From the NCBI RefSeq assembly GCF_006345805.1, contig NC_043012.1, positions 28,086,001 to 28,150,000 on the forward strand: a stretch of 64,000 nt of DNA, read 5' to 3'. The position numbers and the translations under genes are program-made. The notes beneath the pieces are model-generated. The model saw only the letters and a list, made by a program, of their open reading frames with translations, made no database searches and was not told the origin of the DNA. This document shows, piece after piece, positions 12,997 to 25,111 of the stretch; the stretch's first letter is position 1, and each line of letters opens with the position of its first letter. The DNA comes from Octopus sinensis (Eukaryota).

Positions 12997-14000
12997 TAGT
13001 GAAATTGAAGTTTTGCCGATCGTTAGGACCGTTAGCTCACATCAAGCTCTCTTCTTTGTATTATTTATATAGCGATGTCTTTCTAGACATAAATGGGTTT
13101 AGTATGACATTTTTACTATTGAAAAAATTGCTGAAGAAAAAAAAACATCTGGTGTACGCACTTGAAGCAGCATTAAAGTAAAACGATCACCTATGTATCG
13201 TAATGTATATACACCATTGAGAAGCAAGATACTGTGGAGGAAGATGAAAAATTGTCCCGGAAGCATTTAGCAAGGATGTCAGATCCATTTCGGCCTAGTA
13301 ATAAAGTGTACTCGCAATCATATGCCAAGGCGAAATTAGCCGCCTCCGATGTATACAAAACAGTGAATAGCATATTTTTATTTATTTCTTATTTAAAATT
13401 TAAAAAAAAATTTTTATATATATATATTTTTTAATTTCTGTATGTAAGCATTTAAATATGTAAATAAACAGATCAATATACAGACGGATAGGTATATAGA
13501 CTATATGAACAGACGCATATGGAGACACGGATCCACATATATAAAGATACACATCCATACATACAAACATGGTACATAGTTACATAACACACACACACAA
13601 GGAGACAGAGGTGCATACATATACAAACACATGCTCCAACATACATACATAGAAAATACACAAACACGGACAGGCAAGCACGTGAATATGCAGGATACGT
13701 ACATACAGATGCACACACATACATATATACATACATACATACACATGCAAACACACACACACATACATACGTACATGCATGCATGTATAGGTACACACAC
13801 ACACTCTGCCCCCCACACATGCGCACAAACAAACAAAAGGGAACGCAGTGTAAATAACGGACAGAGTGAAGACTATTGAAAAGGTTGCAAGACGCAACGA
13901 AAATTTTAGAAAATAAAAATAAGAAATAAGTGGAAATTTTACCGGTGAGTGTGTTAAATAATAAGGCACTAAAAGAGAATGACTCTCCCCAGACACAACA

Positions 14001-14067
<67 letters not shown>

Positions 14068-14510
14068 AATGGTGGATAAATAAAAGAGATACAAAGGCAT
14101 GTTTGAAAAAATGTTTAAAATGCATACTGAAATAGCAATGTTTTTGGGAGTAAGATGCCCGTAGAAGTTTATGGTCATGCTACAACTTTGTAAACGGCAT
14201 TAAAAAGACAGGCATGTGTGGTTTTAGCTATAAACTCCGGAACAAAACTATGATGTACGAAAGCAGCTGAAATATCAAGAATACATATACGCAGAATTCT
14301 CTAGTTTCCCAGATGGTTTCTACTACTAAAATCAACATTAGCACAGAAGTTATAAGATACATAAATTAGTTATGATTTTGGTAGTTTTACGGAAAATACT
14401 TCTTGTATAAATGGATGAGCGACAACATTGTAAAAGTGAAATTAATACTTAAAGGGATAATAGACAAAGTAATGTGGCCCTAAAACACACTCGAAAAAAT
14501 CAAGGAGCAT

Positions 14511-14541
<31 letters not shown>

Positions 14542-15036
14542 ACACACACACACACACACACATAAACGCATATATATGAGAATGAGACCAGTTTTCTGCC
14601 CACCCATGATGTATGCAATATTAATTCTAGCTATTGAATTTCAGTCACAATTAAACGATTGATTATTGCCAAGGCCTTCCATAAAAAGGTGCGTATTCGC
14701 ATTAATCCAAAGAAGATAAGTTTTATTTGCCAAGCTTTGTATTAATGGCAATCATCATAGGAGATAGTATTCATGACGGAAAGATTAGTCCCATAATGTC
14801 GGCGTGATAGACTTCAGCGCCATACACATTTTGTACGTTATATATTCTTACACACATACGCACAAACACACACACTCACACACACACACTCACACACACG
14901 CACGTACACACACTCACATACACACACAAGCACATACACACATATATGTGTGTATATATACGTATATACGGTATATATATGTATATATAAATATACGAAT
15001 ACTCATATATATATATATAATATATATATATATATT

Positions 15037-15548
15037 TGCAGTATCGCCCGGCGTTGCTCGGGTTTGTAAGGGAAATAACTATATAAGCATTTTTAGAGAG
15101 TTACTTCCCTTATAGATGCCAATTTGGGCTTTCTTAGCCATTTCTGTTTTGGTGTCTTCAAGCCATGAAGTCGTTGTTCTAAAAGAACGCTGGTCTCCTT
15201 GACAACGCTTTACGACGTTAATTTCCTTACACTCCCTTCCCCACAGCTTCACGAGGGAGGGAAGAAGGGGGAAAAGCAAACAGGTGCAGGTGTGACCATG
15301 GACGCCAACTCCGCCGCCATCGACACACGAAAAATTATGCATTAAAATGGAATAAAAAATGATGTTAAATTATTTTTAAAATCGTAGACTCATCGTAGAC
15401 GCGCGCTAATACTCAGACGGGCTCGATATGAATCACGACTATAAGATACCCGAATTTGGTTAAACTGCACCGCAAAATGTGGGAGTAGTTAGGAATCTAA
15501 ATCGAAGGGGACAGACACTCACACAACTACAGTTTTATATATATAGAT
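15037..15548 (-). mobile_element. Non-autonomous Helitron-like element
   Basis: Reverse complement starts atctatatatataaaactg and ends with hairpin cccgagcaacgccggg followed by a degenerate terminus; internal part shared with 15890-16110. Confidence 0.7.
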
Positions 15549-15631
15549 ATATATTCAAAATGTGACCGCGTGTGTACCGTTGGCAATTTTTTCCCTCTGT
15601 CATCCCTTCGCTGGATCTTTCCTTCTCCTAT

Positions 15632-15666
15632 GTTTCCGACGAAGAGCTCCACTCGAAACGTTAAAC
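15632..15666 (+). ncRNA. Degenerate minimal hammerhead-like motif in a short repeat (15560-15770)
   Basis: GTTT-CCGACGA-A-GAGCTCCACTC-GAAACGTT-AAAC; U4 replaced by C; helix III is only the palindrome ACGT. Confidence 0.4.
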
Positions 15667-15764
15667 CCTCCTTCTTTCCTTCTTTCCTGAGCGTCCAATA
15701 ATACTATATTTGTTCCGCGTCCTCTCGTTGTTGTGTTTTTTTTTGTGCTTTCTTGTTTGGATTA

Positions 15765-15808
<44 letters not shown>

Positions 15809-15889
15809 TACATACATATACACACATACATGCGTGCGTATGTGTATATATATATGTATATATATATATATATATAAATGTATACATAT

Positions 15890-16110
15890 ATATCTTTATA
15901 TATAAAACTAAAGGTGTGTGTGTGTGTGTGTCTGTCTACTCCGATTTAGATTCCTAACTACTCCCACATTTTGCGGTGCAGTTTAACCAAAAGCGGGTAT
16001 CTTATAGTCGTGATTCATATCGAGCCCTTCTGGGTATTAGCGCGCGTCTACGATGAGTCTACGATTTTAAAAAACATTTACCATCATTTTTCCGCATTTT
16101 TATGCATTAC
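15890..16110 (+). mobile_element. 5' part of the same Helitron family, head-to-head with 15037-15548
   Basis: gatttagattcctaactactcccacattttgcggtgcagtttaacc...gcgcgcgtctacgatgagtctacgatttt matches the reverse complement of 15360-15510. Confidence 0.75.
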
Positions 16111-16559
16111 ATGCCCATTTAATTTTTTTCATACAGATCAAGAAATGAAGAATAAATTTCATCATGTAATTTATCTGTAGCTACATTAAAAAGTCTCCAA
16201 AACCATTGAAAACGAAATTAACTCGTTAATTTGTTTAGAAGAAGACCACCAGAGGTAATATGAACCATTACTTGGATTATTTATTCTGACCTCATTTTCC
16301 ATCCCGTTAAAATAGCTTTGAAGTCATGCAATATTAAAAATGCATGAAGGTTCTTGTCTTTGGTCCCCCTCTTTCTATCTCTCAATACCTACCACTTGGT
16401 TGACCTTTTGAGCTGTCTAAAAATAAAAGCTCTTTCAAAATTCTTTGTCAGTCAGATCAGTTCTGCGATTCAGGCTACGAAGGACTAAAGTTTTGCTAAC
16501 GGAACAAAATTATGGATTTTATCTTTGATATTTAATGTTCATTGTTACATTGCTGGACT

Positions 16560-16830
16560 CTTTTGGATTATCTGTTCCACGTAAGTTGGAATTTCTCCTT
16601 TTTGAGCAGGATCTTTCATTGCTTCGTTGATTTATTAGCATTATTTTCTGTTTCATTCAAATTTCTCTCTTACTTTTGACTCAACCCATTTAATTATCCT
16701 GCCATTGTAGCGGCACCATCATAGGTTTGTGCAATTTATTTATTTCCACATGTCCACGTTTCAATGCATTTAAAAACATCTTCAGATAACGCATTTTCTG
16801 AATGATCTGCACTGACATCATTAAAATCGT
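16560..16830 (-). mobile_element. hAT transposase fragment (catalytic region)
   Basis: Reverse complement translates to FNDVSADHSENALSEDVF...AQTYDGAATMAG*LNGL. Confidence 0.7.
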
Positions 16831-16851
16831 TATTTAATACTCACACACGCA

Positions 16852-16907
<56 letters not shown>

Positions 16908-17079
16908 ACACACACACACACTCTCTCTCTCTCTCTCTCTCTCACACACATGCGCATATTTCTTTTATAAAATCTTTTGAACTTTCGAAATATTAGTCTA
17001 CATGACTGAAATGCGTGTTACGGAAGAACTTTTGAAAAATATTTCTTCAAAAAATATTTTGAAAGGAAACAATTAATTA

Positions 17080-17790
17080 TAAATAATAGTAGACCAACGC
17101 CGAAATTCCCTAATTTTCGAAGTTCCAACTAGAAATGTATTCGACAATTGCAAACTAATCTATATGAAAGGAACAAAAGGGTTAACTGGAAGTGCTAAGC
17201 TAAATAAGTTATTCTGTTGGCCATGTTTGTTATTTAGTGTAGAAAAAACTGTTTGAAGTGATAAAGACTACAGCAATTTAAAAAAGTCTGCATATGGTCA
17301 TGCTGAAACATGAACGTTCTCAAAGACATATAAAATCTTTGATAGATCTTAAAACATTTGGGAATGCTAGCATAGACTTGCAATTGAATGCGTATAAAAA
17401 CAGAGCATACAACAGCATAGTGAAAGGTTAAACGAAACAGATCCATTTTGCGGCGTTTGAGCGATGCAGTTATTTTTCTCGGTCACCAGGAATTATCCTT
17501 TCAGGGTCACTTTGAATTCTAAGAATCCAATAATCGCGGAAATTATAAAGAACTCTCATATTTAATCAGTAAATATGACGAAAAATTGGCAACCCATCTT
17601 CATACGGCTTCTGTTTTCTTAGGTCTCTCAAACAGAATTCAAAATGACTTGATCGATGCAGTTCAATAAGTTATGTTGAATGAAATAGAAAATGAACTGA
17701 AGCAGGCAAAATTCGTAGCTATTCTTGTAGATCTGATGTATCGAACTATTCAGAACTGTCAACTGTTCTACGTTATGTTACAAAAGTTAT
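17080..17790 (+). mobile_element. hAT transposase fragment (ZnF-TTF / DUF4371-like N-terminal half)
   Basis: KLFCWPCLLF; KRNRSILRRLSDAVIFLGHQELSFQGHFESKESNNRGNYKEL; SNRIQNDLIDAV; AILVD...DVSNYSELSTVLRYVTK. Confidence 0.85.
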
Positions 17791-18169
17791 TTGACATGCA
17801 AAAGGTGTTGTGTTTATTGACTATTTTCAAAAGGGTTACATCAATAAAGTTTATTATGCCAACATGATGTACTGAAACTCTATAGAGTTTATTCCCTGCT
17901 TTTATTGTGGGCGGTCCCACATTCTCATAGCCAATTCCCTATCTTGCGACAACCTTACATGCCAATCTAAAATGTTAAAATTCTACCAGGAATTCAATCC
18001 ATAGTAGAGAGGGATCTAAAAATACCAGCAAGGCGGGTACTTTTTTCATAAACAGAAAAAAGAAGTCAAATCCGGGTATATTTTAATTATTTTGTTTTCA
18101 GTTCCTATCGAGGCACGGCCCCAAAACCTTGCCACCTCCTCAAAAAAAACAAAAACAAAAAAAACCCAA

Positions 18170-19621
18170 CTTGAGGGGCATCCTGCACACCAGCCTCTCA
18201 GTCCTCAAAAAAAAAAAAAGAGAGGACATCATCGAGGGGGTTTTATGTGCAGGATCCGATAGGAACGCTCAGGGTCAAATTTGGTGGATGAGCCACTGGA
18301 AATGCCTGCAGTGTAAATGACTCTTTACTACTGCAAGGAACGTTGATATTGGCCCAACGTGATTGGGCAACACACTCGGCCAGGCTTGGAGGCCCCGCTC
18401 TTAACCTGCAAGCCACCAGCTTATACGGCCCCTGGCAACCGTATGTTTTTTACCTTATATTATAATGGATTCAAACTTCGCGGCATTTTCCAAGAGTACG
18501 TGGACGATAATCAAGAATACAAGAGTAAGGAGTCAGGCCCTGTAGACCGTATGCCAACATCCTTCCTAGCCAACCGAAATCCGTACACCATGCCAAACAC
18601 CCGGCAACAGCCCGCGAAGGGCTCTATACTGACAGTTTACCTGTCAGTGGGTTGGCTCCACTAGTGAGTCCACCCGCGCTATAAATATTGCGGGCCACAA
18701 CAATGTGGCGTCTGGAGACATCAATCCAGAGCCACCCAGGGACAGTAGCCTTTACGAGGCGCTAACTTATAGGCGAGATCAGAGGCAGGATGCAAGCACC
18801 CCATCCCCACCTCTTCTTGTCAGCAGCCCAAACCGGCCCATAAGACCAGCCGTTCCGACCTTAACCATCCGAGGGCGCCGCCCCGTGAAATTCTCCTGAG
18901 AAATGGGGGGCCTTCACACAACACCGAAGCCAAGTAATGGCCGATCCGGATGAACAGAAGGCCGACAAGCGCAGCCACGACCAACCAACAGGGCATCATC
19001 CCACTCCGTAAACGAAAACCACCACACTGCTTGGTCCCCACCAAATGATTGGCACCGCTATGGGGAAAGGACACTTTTAGTTTGTCCACGGGAGGGTTGG
19101 TACCAGCAAAAGCCAATAATGGCTTGCATTTCCCCCCGCAGACGTAAGCTCTTACACCGCGACAAGGTAGTGTCCCGGTGGGTGAAGCCTGGCAGTGAAT
19201 CCATCTCCCGGGTAAAACCCGGCAGATCATAACATACCAGACAAACTTGATGGCGCATCCACCCTCTCGCCTCGCTGCCAATGTTCCGATCGGACACCGC
19301 AGGTGTGTATCCCCCTCTACACCACCCACACCGGTGTTCCTATAGGACACCGCAGGTGCCCTCTACCGACTGGACCTTTTCTGCCCCCAACGAAACTCGG
19401 TGGGGTGGGGACAAATCGTATCAAATCGGTTCTAGGTGTAAGTTAACCCCAAGTAGATGAGCAGTAGGAACAACACCCTTTGCAAGGTTCGTGGGTCATA
19501 ACCATCAAGCCCCACGTAAGAGAATCGGTTCTAGGTGTAAGTTCACTCCAAGTAGATGAGCAGTAGGAACAACACCCTTTGCAAGGTTCGTGGGTCATAA
19601 CCATCAAGCCCCACGCAAGAA
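18170..19621. mobile_element. GC-richer degenerate retroelement-like island; possible APE-endonuclease remnant on + at 18240-18520; 99-bp tandem duplication at 19424-19621
   Basis: GSDRNAQGQIW...NVDIGPT resembles the APE motif GDFNAH..W...PT; two near-identical 99-bp units begin at 19424 and 19523. Confidence 0.35.
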
Positions 19622-20033
19622 AACGCCCAAGAAAACTGACGAAAGGGGTCTTCTTTCGTATGCTCCAGCATACATGTCCTTGGTTTCAATGGCTGTTATG
19701 CGTGGCTGTAGCTTTGAACTAGTTGATCATCGTCCCGATTCTCCTGATTTGGCTGCATCTAACTATCATCCGTTCGCCAACATGAAAAACATAGGGCTGG
19801 GAACCCGTATCGCAGTGATAATGATGTCATATCTGTTGTTGATAACTTTTTGACCAACAAAATGAAACCTTCTTCATCAATGGGATTCAAGCACTGCAGC
19901 ACCAACTGCAAGTGGGTTAGGGTTAGGGTTAATGTTAGGGTTAAGGTTAAGGTTAGCCTATGTTGAAAAATAAACCACATTTGATCACATTCCATGAGAG
20001 AATTTTGGTCACTCTTTTCAATCAACCCTCGTA
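19622..20033 (+). mobile_element. mariner transposon 3' fragment with right TIR
   Basis: ELVDHRPDSPDLAASNYHPFANMK (YSPDL-like), FFINGIQAL, YVEK*; TIR ttttcaatcaaccctcg followed by TA. Confidence 0.85.
19914..19956 (+). repeat. Interstitial telomere-like (GGGTTA)n, 7 hexamers, partly degenerate
   Basis: gggtta gggtta gggtta atgtta gggtta aggtta aggtta. Confidence 0.85.
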
Positions 20034-20071
20034 TTCTTTGTATGACCAACCTCAAAAGTCACCGAACGCCA

Positions 20072-20147
<76 letters not shown>

Positions 20148-20149
<2 letters not shown>

Positions 20150-20890
20150 TGCAGGAGTGGCTATGTGGTAAGTAGTTTGCTTACCTGGTTTCCAGTTACC
20201 CATAGTGCATTTGGTTTGTCGTTTGTGCGAGTCGGACGTTAATTTTTTTGCTGCTTTGAGGATAGGGATGATGTACTCAGACCTTAGCGGGTATGAGCTG
20301 TCTTCTTCAGAGGAGGAGCTGGTGTGAGCAATAGAAGGCATGGATGAATGTCTGAAGAAAATGAAGAGTTTCGCCGAGGCTGCGGAGCTGTCAAGAATGA
20401 AGGAGCACGTAAAAATGGTGCAAAAAGTGGGCGGCAACGTGATGTTATCGCCCCAACAAAGAATCATGAATGGTATAAAAAGAAGAGCAGTCGTATACAA
20501 AATATTACTCGATAAAGAGTAAGAAGGTCGACCAAATAAAAATAACGAAAATAGAAAAGGTAGTAAAGGCGGAATCCGACGGAGTAATATACATGACAAG
20601 AGGATGCCAATATGGGACAATGGTAGTTCAGTTTAGAATAGAGGAGAAGGCAAGGAGGCTGGCGGGTAAAACAGTAAAGACGGAAGAAATGGTCCTTCTA
20701 CTCACGTATCTTGGAAGAAGGACTTTCAAGACAAGGGTAGAAGGAATCCCGCCTGATATAAATGTGGCTGGGTTGCGGCAGCCGTTCTCATTGGAAGTGA
20801 AGAAAGAAAAAGTGGCTGTCCTCCAAGCCACGGAAACTGAAGCCTTGTGAGTGGATATGGTAGACGGAAACTGAAAGAAGCCCGTCGTAT
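20148..20890 (+). mobile_element. Chimeric SINE family 2: head (20148-20185) + L1/Tx1-like ORF1 fragment (20186-20839) + SINE tail (20840-20890)
   Basis: Head ggtgcaggagtggctatgtggtaagtag; tail aagccttgtgagtggatatggtagacggaaactgaaagaagcccgtcg; insert encodes YMTRGCQYGTMVVQF...LTYLGRRTFKTRVEGIPPDINVA. Confidence 0.6.
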
Positions 20891-20996
20891 ATATATATAA
20901 TATATATATATATATATTATATATATATATAATGGCAGTGCCCCAGCATAGCCACAGCTCGTGAGCTGAAACTAGATAAAAAAAATTTATATATAT

Positions 20997-21066
<70 letters not shown>

Positions 21067-21074
21067 ATATATAT

Positions 21075-21340
21075 ATACGACGGGCTTCTTTCAGTATGTA
21101 TGTATATGTTTGCATGTCTGTGTTTGCATGTCTGTGTTTGCATGTCCCCCCCCCCTCCATCGCTTGAGAACCCATATTGGTGTGTTTACATCCCCGTAAC
21201 ATACCGGTTCGGCAAAAGAAACCGATAGAATAAGTACTAGGCTTACAAACAATAAGTCCTGGGATCAATTTGTTCGACTAAAGGCGGTGCCCCAGCATGG
21301 CCGCAGCCAATGAAACAAATAAAAGAATAAAGTAATAAAA
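21075..21340 (+). mobile_element. SINE family 2 3' body
   Basis: ccccgtaac...gaaaccgatagaataagtactaggcttac...ggcggtgccccagcatggccgcag. Confidence 0.8.
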
Positions 21341-21360
21341 GAATATATATATATGTGTAC

Positions 21361-21432
<72 letters not shown>

Positions 21433-21649
21433 TATATCAGATGAAATAAAATAAAAAAACAGGACACAAAGGATGTCGCGGTACATATACATGCACAACC
21501 ACCTATATACATACACACACACACATACACACACACACATATTCACACATATACATATATACATGCATACATACAACACACATACACATGCACATATACA
21601 TACACATACATATATATACATGTATGTATATATATACCTACACATATAC

Positions 21650-22010
21650 ATGGACCCGGCAAAGCAGGGGCTGGACCTACATCCGCAGCTATACCATTAG
21701 GTCTGGTTCCCTGGGGAAGAGGAACCCTGGTGCAGTTAATTGTAAATTCCATAGTCTTTTCAAATGGCTAATAATGTGTGCGCGCGCCACTACTACACAC
21801 ATTGGAAAGCATTGTACAACCAAGTACTAAAGAAGATCTTTCCTCCTCCATGAAACAAAGCTGTTCCCGCTGGACGTCAACCCAGTATTTCTAAGCTACG
21901 GACCGAGTGATTTATTCTAAGGTTATCTCCCTAGATAGATTGCCTTCACTACGGAGCCCTTTCTACCCCACTGACACAGGTTGTACTGGTTTGCAGTTTA
22001 CCAGTAGTAG
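21650..22010 (-). mobile_element. Probable inverted 5' UTR and ORF start of the adjacent RTE element
   Basis: Reverse complement contains ggggtagaaagggctccgtagtgaaggcaatctatctagggagataacc (RTE 5'-UTR-like, from memory) followed by ATG GAA TTT ACA (ORF 21543-21752). Confidence 0.45.
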
Positions 22011-23826
22011 GATCCGACACTTCATACATCAAACCTGACCTGAACGCCGAGGTCGACTTTATCAATGGCAAAATTAACAAACTATCCAAAGAGCACATTA
22101 GTAAAAAACACCATCTCGCCTGGAAATCCATCACAGACCTATCAGGCAAAAATTCTGGGTCATCAATTAGAATTAAAGGGAGATCAGCTAAGAAGCGTTT
22201 AGAAAATTGGTCAACTCATTTTAAAAACCTTCTTGGGAAGAATGCCAAAATCCCTGATAACCCCACTCTTCCAAGTGTGCCTATATCAGACACGCTGGAC
22301 ATCAACACCTCCCCTTTTACCATATTTGAATTAACAGCAGCCGCCAAGCAACTAAAAGCCTCGAAAGCATTTGGTCCCGACAACATCCCAGCTATAATTT
22401 GGAAGGATGATAGATTTCACACACTTTTGCTCAACCTTTGCAACCACACACTTTCCACCTTTGTCGCTCCAAAGATTTGGCACCAATCTCAATACATCCC
22501 AATACCCCAAAAAGGCGATTTATCCCTCGTCACCAACTACAGGGGTATATCTCTAATGTCAATTGCTGCAAAACTGTACAACAAACTGATTCTAAATCGC
22601 CTTGTCCTTTTTGTTGAACCTTTGCTCCGAAAGAACCAAAATGGATTCAGACATGGGCGCTCAACGCTGAGCCAGATACTATGCTTACGCAGACTTATTG
22701 AAGAATCAAAAGCATTTAATCGCGATCTTGCAATGATATTTGTAGACTTTTCTAAAGCGTTCGACTCTGTAGATAGGTACAAGATGTTTGAAATCCTTAA
22801 GCTCTATGGGATACCAGACAAAATCATTTCTGCCATCAAGGTCCTCTACACAGATACGTTTTCAACCATCTTAACCCCTGAAGGAGAAACATCATCTTCT
22901 CAATCAAAGCCGGAATATTGCAGGGAGACACACTCGCCCCATTTCTTTTCATCATTGTCGTTGACTATGTTCTACGTATGTCAGTTGATACCATCTCTGG
23001 CAAGGGCTTTGAAATAAAACCAAGAAGAAGTTCCAGACACCCAGCTGAGTACTTGACAGACACTGACTTTGCTGACGACATTGCTCTTATCAGTGATTCT
23101 CTCTCCAATGCCCAGTCTCTTTTACAATCTCTTGAACAAACCTCAAATTGTGTAGGTCTTTACCTCAATGAGGCCAAGACTGAATATATGCACAAGTGCC
23201 TGTCTAACAGTGATTGCATCATCCATACTCTCAACAATGCGCCCTTAAATATGGTTTCTGATTACAAATATCTTGGGTCATACATATCATCATCTGGAAA
23301 AGATTTTCTATCTAGAAAGGGTATGGCCTGGTCAGCCTGTAAGGACACGCATTAGATATGGTCATCAAATCTAAGTAGAGACTTCAAACTTGAAATCTTC
23401 AAAGCCACAGTCGAACCAATTCTACTATATGGCTCAGAAACCGGGACGTTATCAAAGAAGCTTGAGAGGCAGTTGGATGGAACCTACACTCGCCTCCTTA
23501 TGAGAGCTCAAAATCTCTCGTGGAAGCGTCATCCAACCAAAATGCAAATATATGGGAAACTACCACCTGTGTCATCTCTTGTGAAGGGTAGGAGAGTCCA
23601 GTTTGCTGGACATTGTTGTAGAGCTGAAAACGAGGCAATTTCTCCTCTTCTCCTCTGGAAGCCATCTACTCGCAATACCAGAGGGCGCGAACTATCCTAC
23701 CCTGATGTAATCTCCAGCGATACAGGAATCCAGCAACAGGACATCCGTAATGCCATGATGGACCGTGAAGTCTGGCGTAGCATGGTAAATTCCATTGTCT
23801 CGACTACGGTCGAACAATGATGATGA
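22010..23826 (+). mobile_element. RTE-clade LINE, RT domain to 3' end, frameshifted; (ATG)n tail
   Basis: ORFs 22277-23017 (KAFGPDNIP, NYRGISL, QNGFR, FVDFSKAFDSV), 22918-23355 (QGDTLAPFLF, DFADDIAL, YKYLGS) and 23473-23820; the stop runs into tgatgatgat. Confidence 0.92.
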
Positions 23827-24168
23827 TAATATTTATATTTATATATTTTTTTGTGATCCCAACATCATTAACGTTTCCCCCCCTTCCCCTCTATTCTCCT
23901 TTTTCTCTTTTTCTCAACATCAAATCCTCCTTATTTCTTTCCCTTACAAGAGGAATGAACCCAACCGGAATCTACCCAGTATTCACTGAGAAAACGGTAT
24001 GGACGGTTTTTTGGAGTCCAATAATACCCTGTACGCCTATTTGATTATGAAGATTTACAAACATACTTTCTCAGTGATACTCAGTTTACCTACCATTATA
24101 AATAATACCAAATGTTCTTTCTCAAACCTTTCATAATGTGATACAAGTCTTTGGTGTAGCAATTGCAT

Positions 24169-24260
24169 GCGGCTGAAGAGGGCTTTAAACTATCTGTTAT
24201 GTCGATTATACAGTGATGTAAGAATAAGTTGTTTTATAAAGCTCGAAATATGTGTACCGC
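24169..24260 (+). ncRNA. Type-I hammerhead ribozyme motif with extended helix II
   Basis: Helix I GCGG/CCGC; core CTGAAGA (24173-24179); helix II GGGCTTTA/TAAAGCTC; GAAA (24245-24248); short helix III; GTA triplet at 24254-24256. Confidence 0.65.
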
Positions 24261-24354
24261 GACATCCTTTGTGTCCTGTTTTTCATTTTATTTCATTTGA
24301 TACATATATATACATACATATATATATATATATATTATATATATATATATATAT

Positions 24355-24400
<46 letters not shown>

Positions 24401-24423
24401 TATATATATACTTTGATACTTTG

Positions 24424-25061
24424 ATAGGTTTCGGCCATTATTGGCCCAGGCCATGTCTAACTTAATAGCAATATATTGTTATATTTCGGAATGGTCATTT
24501 TGCCAGTTTAGCCAATAAAAACACACGCACTATATATTTGGTGTTACTTTGCTTCAGTGTTATTTATTTTTTACATTAATCTTAATCTTATTTCGGCCAG
24601 AGTTCTTTCGTCACACTCCTGTGACCGCATCAATGGTCCTTTGTTTTCTTCTCACTTATTTGTGTCTCTCCTTACTAACCGTCAGCCATTTTGTATTTCT
24701 ATTGTATGTCTTCATTTGCGCATGCTTATATCTCTATGTGCGTTTATGTTTTTTAGTGTGTGTATGGGGGGATGCCGTAATATTTGTATCTTCTGTTTAT
24801 ATATGTTCATGTAATTTGTAATTTTATATGTTCATGTAATTTGTATTTTGTATTTTGTTTTTGTTTTTGTTTTTTTTTTTTTTGTTGTTTTTGTTTATTC
24901 TTATTTTGTTCATGTGTTTACATCCACCCATTATTATCATTACATATGCTTGTATGTATGATGTATGTAGTATGTATGTATGTATGTATTGTAGTAGTAT
25001 GTATGTATGTATGTATAACAACAATACTAGTAATAATAATAAATTGAATCGAAAAAAAAAA

Positions 25062-25111
<50 letters not shown>

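Noticed and set aside
18495-18512. YVDD in ORF 18359-18664 as an RT active site
   Set aside because: Flanking RT motifs are not recognisable; the context fits a post-endonuclease region or chance equally well
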